From Vitrella brassicaformis CCMP3155 (Eukaryota > Protista > Chromerida), in NCBI GenBank assembly GCA_001179505.1, contig CDMY01000710.1, positions 1 through 28,421 of the forward strand: a stretch of 28,421 nucleotides of DNA. Reading direction: 5' to 3'. Position 1 is the first letter of the stretch. Each line of letters starts with the position of its first letter. Below the pieces are notes generated by a model. It did not search any database. It had not been told where the DNA came from and was given only the letters and a program-made list of their open reading frames with translations. Positions 20,401-28,421 of the stretch are shown piece after piece. The translations under genes and the position numbers were made by a program.

Positions 20401-21429
20401 GGAATTTGCCAAACTTTCTTACTGTTTGTATGTGTTGTCGAAGAGAAGACCCATGGAGGTTTGTCGTCCCTCCTTGGGAAGAGCCAACATGAAGGGAAAC
20501 TGGAGCACACCTCCTTTGCCTACATCAAACGCACGCATCACAGCGCCCTTGTCGAGGTGTCGTCTCACTACAGCGTGTGAGCTACCCGTGGTCTCTTTCG
20601 TCGTTTGTCCTTCTGTGTCGGGGTTGTGCCTAAACTCGTTGCCAAAGCTACTTCCCGATCCGAACCTCCCAAATGTGAGCCAGTCGCCGTTCACCTCGCC
20701 CGCCAACTGAAACTGCTGTCCTACTCCAAATGCATGGCTGAAGGATTGGCTCTGCACACTAAGGATCTTCAGCCCGCCGTCCTCTGTCCACCCATCCACG
20801 CAAAACCTGGTGAGAGCTTTGCCATTGTGATACACGTCCAAGCACCCCCCCTTCTCGTGCACCACTGCGATGCCCCTGCCTTGTATCGAGTGCTCCTCCG
20901 TGCTGACCGAACAGTCATCAACGAGCGAGGTGGGGTTGTTGTCGAAGACCATGTGGCTGCTTTTGATGGCCACATCGGCCGAGGGCCCCGTGCCTTTGCC
21001 GAACTCGATGTGTGTCGCGTTGGTATCGAGGATGGACACCAGTGCATAACCCTGTACCTCTTGCACTTTGAAGAGGAACTTGACGCGACAGCTGCCATGA
21101 AGTGCGGCGATAGATGGCTGTTCGACTGTAAGCAGCTCTATTTGCAGTGTATTTGATGTGAGCCCTGCCTTCTCATTCTCCGTAGTCGAAATATGTGGCT
21201 CACCATCCCCCACAGTGTCCAGGAAGCGACCATCCCCCAAAGTGTCCAGGAAGCGGGCTTTGAGCTCTGGAAGAGGAGGCGTTTCGAAAGACTCGCGAAG
21301 ACGTTTGGGCACATCTGGTTCAGGCACAAATAACGAAATTCAATTGCACTGATCTCTGGGCTGGTTACCTGCACCACATGACCATGTCATGAAGAGCCCT
21401 AAATAGATGGCCGGCCCACTTGCGAACAT
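17419..21429 (-). CDS. Glycoside hydrolase family 31, bacterial CtsZ/Agd31B-like alpha-glucosidase or transglucosylase; multi-exon, predicted signal peptide
   Basis: Exon 1 (21429-21369) encodes MFASGPAIYLGLFMTWSCGA. Motifs: YMQLVGTPPVPPRKAFG, IPIDGIVLD, YWFGG...MGTLDWD...FPDP, WTDLGEP (19564-19544, nucleophile), RPFMLSRAG..GIQRFG..VWSGD (acid/base D at ~19255), DYYGTDTGGF, RYELIPYYY, MLGDQIMVA, VYLPEGDW, LPAYAKSGAIIP. Stop at 17419. Confidence 0.92.
18532..18831. other. Assembly gap (300 N) flanked by poly-C, inside a GH31 intron
   Basis: Splicing AACAG|gtgcgt...gatccag|GTTCAAC across the gap gives in-frame NRFNVRQRYELIPY, so no coding sequence need be missing. Confidence 0.9.
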
Positions 21430-21542
21430 CTGCGGATGCGGCCGATTTTTGTAGTACGGCCAGGTATATCTGACCTGGTCCCCTCCCAGGTGGCCGTAGG
21501 TATTGCCGATGACGAGGTGGGCGGCGGCTAAGAAATGTACAT

Positions 21543-21966
21543 CTCGATGGGCCTCGCCGCGAACGCGGCTCGACGAATGGTTACGAGGGGGGAGGGGCCC
21601 CCGAGTAATGGGAGGCGATCGGGAAGGGACACCAGGCAAATTTTCGCACCAAAGTGGAATATACACGATTATGATCGCGATTGGCCACGGGCTCAGGTTT
21701 AGGGTAGAACGTGAAAGGGAGGATGCAGGAGACACAGCGATTTGACTGTACTTTGCAAGGATCCGGGGAGAGCGGATGAGGAGGACTCAGTCATTAGCGG
21801 TAGGATTGGTCCAGAAGCCGAGAATCTACTGTTTTTGATGGGTGATTGCAGTGAAGGCACACCCTGTGAAGTCAGATGTTTGTGCGGACCATGCAATGTC
21901 GCCCCCTCCCCCTTGAACGGGGGAGGGGGCTTCAAAAGACAAGCTTCAATGGGTCAATGTCATAGG
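21543..21966 (-). repeat. Dispersed repeat, copy B, directly upstream of the GH31 start
   Basis: Inverted homolog of 8340-9286 lacking ~520 bp of its middle. Contains the perfect hairpin gccccctccccc-ttgaac-gggggagggggc (21901-21930). Confidence 0.85.
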
Positions 21967-22480
21967 TAGGAGACAATATGGCAGTTGCACACTGGCACAA
22001 ATTGCAGTTGGAAAGCCGCCTGAAGACTCGTTGTGCTTGGGGGAGGGGAAGACAGACAAAGTGGGGCCTTGCACGCGCGAGTACATGCCAGAAAGCATGA
22101 ATTCACCTCATGCTTACTCCTCGATCCAAACTTCCGTGGTGTTAGAGGAAAAAAAAAGTTTGTAAACCCTGATGGCGCTCGCGTCTCTACTCCGTTGCTT
22201 CTCTGTCAGTGTATGAGTACGATACAGACTCTACACCAGATCTCGCCCTTTCTTCCGTGAATGCCATCGTTTTGGTGACCCTGATGGCCTGAGAAATTTC
22301 ATTTGGAGAAACGGTCCTGAGGTAAGTGGTTCATGACCTTCAGGTTGGTGAGGTACTGCGTGTCTTTTCATGTCCAGAGAAACGGCATCACAACTGAGCC
22401 AGGGATGAAGGCATCTGTCAAGCGGTGAGGGCACCAGGCGTAAAATGACGCCGGAACCACTCGCGTTGTTCTCGGATTGC

Positions 22481-22707
22481 ACACCCATCCACAGGCACAC
22501 GCGTACCCTTCTTGTCGCTCACCTATGTATGTATGGATGTGCGCATGTGTCTGCCGCAGAGATGCCTGGCTGTAGAATGGTCCTTCCCAGCCACGTAGCC
22601 AACCCACATGCCTACACACCCACACGCACATATGAACTCTTCTTGTCGCTCGTCTACGTATGCATGCATATGTTTGCATACACAGAGATGCCTGACTGCA
22701 GACTGGT
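22481..22707 (+). repeat. Diverged tandem duplication, 131-bp period
   Basis: cttcttgtcgctc at 22508 and 22639, each followed by cagagatgcctg.ctg.aga.tggt. Confidence 0.8.
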
Positions 22708-23820
22708 TTTTCTCGGGGCACCACTTGTAATGCAGCAAAAGACACAGCAGCAGGCAGAGGCAAGAGAAAGACATGCATCCATGGCGAGGCAGCAGCAGAG
22801 CAGAACAACCAGACATCTCTATTGTGTACTGCTGCAAGAATGTCATGGTTGACGGGGAAAAGTTAAGTTCATGTCTGTCTGTCTGTTCAGTATGTTGATT
22901 TGTCAGACGTTGATGCTTAGCACGATTGAAGTCCAAAATAAGAGTATACTCAGCTCGCATCGGGCAGTCGGTCGAGCACATACAGATTTGATTCGTATGC
23001 GGGGGACGTCAGTATTGGTTGATAGGTAGGGAGAAGGGAGGAAATAGAGAAAGGAATAGGGTGTATGATGGTTCGCGTGGTGTATGACTTGTGTGCACAG
23101 GATGGCTTGACTTGTGTGTAGAGGAAGGGGAATGGAGGTCTTGTTGGCGAGATGAGAAGCCTCGTTCTTTGCGATCGCGGCAGCGATACGGTGGAATCTT
23201 TTCCCCAGCCGCAGTTGCGCTACCACCTGGCGTTCCTTCATCGTTTTGTCGAGTGCTGGCTAATCCAAGAAGCTCAATCAGCTGGACCAGGACTATGCGG
23301 CTGAAGGTTTCAATTCCTGAACTTTGTACTGTTCATCGTTGTATCATACCTGGAGTTCGTGGTCGCTACTGATGTGGAAGAGAACTGGTATGGCATAGAT
23401 ATAGTTGCATGGACTCAGCCGGCCCCACGCCCCCCGACGACCAGAGGGGGGTGTGGCAGCCGGCTGGTTGCTGCCGTACGACCGTGCGGTGCTTTCATTC
23501 CCCTTCTCCTTCTCGTCTGGCTCACATTCAGATGGACACAACAGAGCTGTGTCAGTCTGTCATTTTCGTGCACATGTATGCCTTGCTTTTTGTCTCGTAC
23601 AATGCGTCTGTTTTTACCGTCTGCGTGGCGCAGTGTATCTGCTTTTTATGTTGTACTCTGGCCTTTTTCCAGGATGTGTGGCGGCCGTTTTGTACACAAG
23701 AAGCGACTGAACCGAATCAGTGATCCCGGCCGGCTGCGTCTCATCTCTCTCCCGTTCTTTGATTGGGAGGGGGTTTCGTCAGCGACCCATAGTTGCCCCT
23801 TGGGGTCGCCCATAGTCGAC

Positions 23821-23892
23821 CTAGTGGAGGCACTCAAAGAAACACCCATAACTCCACTCATGCAGCACTGCACGTGTGAGTGCCTCCACTAG
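23821..23892. repeat. Perfect 16-bp inverted repeat with 40-bp spacer (MITE-like)
   Basis: ctagtggaggcactca (23821-36) / tgagtgcctccactag (23877-92). Confidence 0.9.
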
Positions 23893-23924
23893 ACAAAACC
23901 CTCCAGAAGCCCTTTACTGGTCAC

Positions 23925-24117
23925 GCAGAGGCTAGCCCTGTGGCTGCAGGGATGGCCCTCAGTTGCAAGGCTGGCCTTACACGTGCAGGGCTGGCCTTAC
24001 ACGTGTAGGGCTGGCCTTCTAACCGCAGGGCTGGGTCATTGAGTGAAAAGCTGAATGTCTCACTGCAGGGCTGGCCCCACAGGCAGACATGCCAGCTTTC
24101 CGGCCGCAGGGCCAGCT
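23925..24117 (+). repeat. 20-bp-period minisatellite with a gcagggctggcc core
   Basis: Core variants start at 23925, 23946, 23965, 23985, 24005, 24025, 24065 and 24106. Confidence 0.85.
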
Positions 24118-24598
24118 TTGGCGCACAAGTCGCTTGTATTGCATCAACCGGACGCCTGTGTTGACAGGGCAGTCCACCTCGTGCTTCAGCGGACTATTGA
24201 CGAAAGGGAGCAGACGAGGGAGGTCCGCCGCGAAGTGACCAGCGGGACTCTCGCCGATGCATCATCAGCAAGATCTCGCATGCACCTCGCCGAAACGTGG
24301 ACACGCTGTCGGGGAAGCTCACAGGCGTGGAGGAAAGAAGCGAGGCTCAGAAGGAACGCCATAAGTGGATATCCTCCTATCAGATGCAGATATGTTTCTA
24401 GAGCAGCTGTGATACTTATAGCATTCACACGTCTATGAAGTCAAAGCTACGAGACCCTAAAGTCCCCGGCCATCGTGAGCGCGGTGAATGACTCCCTGGC
24501 CAACAACAAGGTTGTTCCGTTTTTCGGTGTGAAATAAACGCACAACTGACAACAAGAAGAATCATAAGCCATACGAGAAAATCTCTTGCCACCTTTCT

Positions 24599-27488
24599 AT
24601 GCGCTTCCCTCACATGCATGTGTGGTTTGTTATCGTTTCGAGCGTTCCGATTTGCCATTCACTCCGAAAGACCACCAATGAGACGGCCTTCAGGATTCGG
24701 CCTCCCAGGACTGGCCGCCACCAGCAGCCGTCCTTTTCCGTCGACGTCTTTGTTGACCAAACCGATGGCAACGTCCTAAAGTACAAAGTCAGTGCTGACG
24801 GGCAGGAGATTGTCCGACCTTCGACGCTGGGAATGGTTCTTGAAGGGATCCGTCTTGGAGAAAACGTCGAGATCGAGGCGTTAGACGAGACAGAGGTCAA
24901 TGATGTCATCGAGACGCGGGGCGGCAAGCACTCCAGAGCAAAAAATAACTTCGGTGGGCGAAGAAAAAGAACAAGGGGTGCAAACATTCGTTGTCGTTTG
25001 TGCCATACTGGTGTGGTCAGTCGAAGCTGTATACAAGATTCGTCAAGTCGGATCGGATTTCAAGGTATTTCAGTGAAATTGTGCCATTTCTGCCATTTGG
25101 GGCTGTGTCTTCTCTGCAAGTGGCATTTGGACGTCCGCGTCTTTTCTGATGGAGTCGCAATCCGCTATCGGGTCCCTGGAGCTGAGAACGGCACCTTTAC
25201 CGAAACCAAGGTGTTGGGCGAGCTGACTGAGTTTTCTCTCACGTTAGGCGACGATGATGTCACCTGGACCTTCTCACGGCCCAACAATCCGAAGAGTGAA
25301 CTTGGGTCTGTATGAATACATCACATAAGCAACTGCTTACGGAAAGATTGTTCTGCAGAAATTACGAGGGTATATGGGAGGGAGTGAAGTTTCGGGACCT
25401 CCCAACTCGCAACCGGTTCCATGGATCCTTATATGGGTTGCCGGTCGTCCTGTCCGACGCCACGAAGAAGGCGCCATTCCCATATCGGCTGATCACAGAT
25501 GCAGCCCTCTACTCGTACAGGTAAAGGCAACTTGGTCAGAGGCAGCACCGTTGCCTGCTTCACTCGGGTGGTGTGCTCGATTTGCAGTGGAATGAGACTC
25601 AGAGCGGGGGATACTGGAGTTCTGAAGGTCGATTTGGCGGACAAGATGTTCAAGAAAGCACTGCCCTTCAAAACACCCTGGCGTGTTTTAATGCTTGCCG
25701 GCTCTCTTAATGATCTCGTGAACAGCGATCTCGTTCCGAATCTCAATCCACCGCCGGATCTGCAGCTTTTCAACGATACGTCATACATCAAAGCAGGAAG
25801 GAGTGTGTGGCGTTGGCTTAAGCATAACACGGGGACGCCAGAAGAGGAGAGGCACTACATCGACATGGCACAGCAGCTCGGATACGAATATACAACCATA
25901 GGTTAGCAGCAAGCCTGCGATAACTGACATTTCATAGGATGAGGTATACCTATGGCTTCAGATGAAGGATGGGAGAGTCGCAAAGCAGGACATTCTCTCA
26001 TGAGAGATATGGCTGTGCAGGCCGTCTATGATAAGTTTGGCACCCATTACTGGAAAGAAGTAGAGAGACTGATAGAATACGCTGAGGACAAAGGCCTTAA
26101 GGTTAGAGATGACGAAGATACGATACGCAATGGATAGACATGAAGGCAAGCCGTTTGCCCATTTAGGTCTTTCTATGGAAGAACCACGGGCAGGTTGCAG
26201 ACCCTTCGAACGACTATGAAGACCTGCGGACATTTCTCGACAAGGTCAAGCACGTCGGAGCAGCTGGCGTTAAAGGCAAGCAGAAAAGCAGACACGGTGT
26301 TGGATTGTCGTATGGACACTCTCCTGGATACGTATGTAGTTGACTTCTTCAATTCGTATGTCAACTACACACACACCACGAAGGCTCTGTCACACAAGAA
26401 CCACACACCAATTTGACTCTTCAATTTCTTTGCAGTGAAGCAATCGACAAAATAGAACTGCAAGAGAAGATCCTGATTGAGGGAGCGAAGAGGCGTCTGA
26501 TGATCAACTTCCATGGATGCGCCCAACCGTCAGGTCAGGAGCGTACCTATCCCAACGCTGTTACGCGAGAAGGCATTATGGGACTTGGTGGGTGAAAAAA
26601 GAAAGAATGCTCTGCATCACATCATCTCTAGAAAGAAAGAATGCTCTGCATCGCATCACAATCAGAAACGAACAGATTTGGCAGCAATCCCAAACTGATG
26701 TGAGCCAAAATACATACGCACGCGACTCTCTCAAAAGCAATGAACTCTCTTTCATTGGACAGGCCTTCCCATAACGCCGCTCTGCCCTTTACCCGCTTCA
26801 TTGTTGGCCCCGCAGACTACACCCCTCTCTCTCTCGATGAAAAATACAAAGGACCGACCACCACTGTAAACATGCGCACACATGAGGGTGTTAAGGCATG
26901 CTGCACCACTCCTCCATTGCGCTCTGTTAATGTCTCCCCAGGCCCATCAGATAGCGACTCTCATCTGCTTCGACTCGTACCTTCAGACCATTTCTGAGGA
27001 TCCACAAGTCATCATGGAGTCGCCTTTTGTTGACGTTATTAAGAAAATCCCGTCAACGTGGTGAGTGAAAGACACAATCCCACTTTGGTGTCACTCCGCA
27101 TTCTTGGTTCAGGGACGAGACGCGAGTGCTGGAGCCATCGGCGATCGGCGAGCTGGCCGTCATTGTACGTAGGAAAGACGACGAGTGGTTTCTGGGGGTG
27201 CTGAGCGGATCGACAGAGACTCGGGAAGTGAAGATATCCCTCGACTTTCTCGAGGACAAGGAGTACACAGCCACCATCGTCATGACGAAATTGCTAGAAT
27301 CGGATGGCCACGAAAACACCGTTATGGAAGAACATGAGTGGTTCGCCTCGGCTGAAATTGAGGTCAAGCTGTGGGGGGAAGACACGAAGGGAGATGGGTA
27401 CGTTATGATCCTGTCGCCACCCATTGACGACCGACGACGAACGATGAGACAAGAGAGCGTGGCTTCGTGGGTGAGCGACGATCGGTGA
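24599..27488 (+). CDS. Glycoside hydrolase family 97 paralog (retaining-type), 13 exons, ~702 aa, predicted signal peptide
   Basis: Exons 24599-24953, 25021-25064, 25121-25305, 25359-25520, 25588-25901, 25962-26101, 26167-26275, 26340-26355, 26436-26587, 26666-26699, 26763-26865, 26942-27060 and 27113-27488 join in frame (2109 nt). Motifs: VRVFSDGVAIRY, TPWRVLM, GRSVWRW, IDEGW, GVKVDFF, INFHGC..PSG..RTYPN, TREGIMGLE, HNAALPFTRF.VGPADYTP, TWDETRVL, WFLG. Confidence 0.93.
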
Positions 27489-28421
27489 TCAGTCTGCGAG
27501 CTGCTGTGGTGGGCAGGTCGTCATAAGTTGATGTTCTCTGGTTGTGGGATCGGGGAGAAAAGCGTTGTTTCTTTGCTTTGTATGGACGTGATCCCTTCGT
27601 CTTCCATTTCTTGCTTGGGTCTGTGCGCCCACAGTGGCGGATTCAGTCAAGTACAGTACTGTCCTTGAGGGGATTGCTTCGCTTAAGTCAAGCACACGGA
27701 AGCAGTAACCACAGGAAGGAGCAGTAATGTTAGTCAAGTAAGGCAAAGCAGAGGGAATCGCGCAGAAGGGAAAGCAGTAAAGCAAAGCAAAGTGAAGTCC
27801 GCTGGGGGGAAAGGTACAAAGTGAAGTGAAGCAAAGTGAAGCCCGCGCCGACACATCATTTCCCCAACAAAACGCACCAGAAAGAGACCGCCAACACGAA
27901 ACATGGTCCTTGAGCACCCAATGCCGTCCCAGTAGCCAAAACAAACAGCTTTGCAGGAGGCAGAAAGCAATGGTGGAAAAGGCACCACAAAGCCGTCTCC
28001 CCGACGTCTCTGCTCCCGGGTCGACGTCGGCCTGTGGTTGTGCCGATGGAGCGGTGTCTAGTGGTAGAATGGGTGAGTGATGTAACTTTGAACGACGGAC
28101 ACTATGCAGACCTCCGGAGGACCTGAGTGGCCACTCCAGAGCGAACAAGAACTTCAACGAACGACATTAAGACTCAAATACAACGAGTCCAACACGAGTT
28201 CATTCACTTTCCTCACGATGATTGAGTTGGTGATTTCTCGGCTGTTTCTCCTCCTTTTCGGATGAGCGAGCGTGTATCGGACTACACCCAACCCCCTCCA
28301 CCTACCCTCATCCCGCGAGACGGCGGCGGGCCCCCCTGTTGCGCATGCAACGAGAAAGGGACGTCTGCGCTGTCCACATGCAGCCGACGATGTGACTGCC
28401 GGAATCACAAGCGCCTCTGCA

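Noticed and set aside
22200-23750. Possible coding fragments between GH31 and the second GH97
   Set aside because: Stops occur in all plausible frames and I recognised no motif.
23925-24117. CRISPR-like repeat-spacer appearance
   Set aside because: The 12-nt core and 8-nt linkers are far too short, the context is eukaryotic, and there are no cas genes.
27489-28421. 222-aa minus-strand ORF and possible 3' exons of a neighbouring gene
   Set aside because: It runs through an aaagc/gaagt microsatellite and intron-like sequence, has no recognisable domain, and no model could be supported.

Overview
Eukaryotic, intron-rich, fairly GC-rich genomic DNA with short 45-120 nt introns and gt/ca and tcat low-complexity tracts. 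The style resembles the chromerid alveolate Vitrella brassicaformis, but that host call is inference only. The left ~6 kb is a stack of mobile or foreign DNA. It holds the 5' part of an APE-type LINE on the minus strand (missed by the ORF track because the frame runs off the window), a 2.4-kb very AT-rich, intronless, tightly packed virus-like island with RING and CxxC zinc-finger ORFs ending in stacked hairpins, a 281-bp non-autonomous Helitron, and a spliced arylsulfotransferase fragment. The right ~16.5 kb holds three apparently intact, intron-containing genes for bacterial-type glycoside hydrolases with signal-peptide-like N-termini: GH97 (+, 8 exons, ~772 aa), GH31 of the CtsZ/Agd31B type (-) and a second GH97 (+, 13 exons, ~702 aa). 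In the second GH97 the catalytic Asp sits on a 16-nt microexon after a predicted GC-AG intron. Between these genes lie decayed gene fragments, a CpG-rich ~143-bp degenerate tandem array, a dispersed hairpin-bearing repeat in two inverted copies, a 16-bp inverted repeat and a 20-bp periodic array. All gene models were built by hand translation; no database searches were run.
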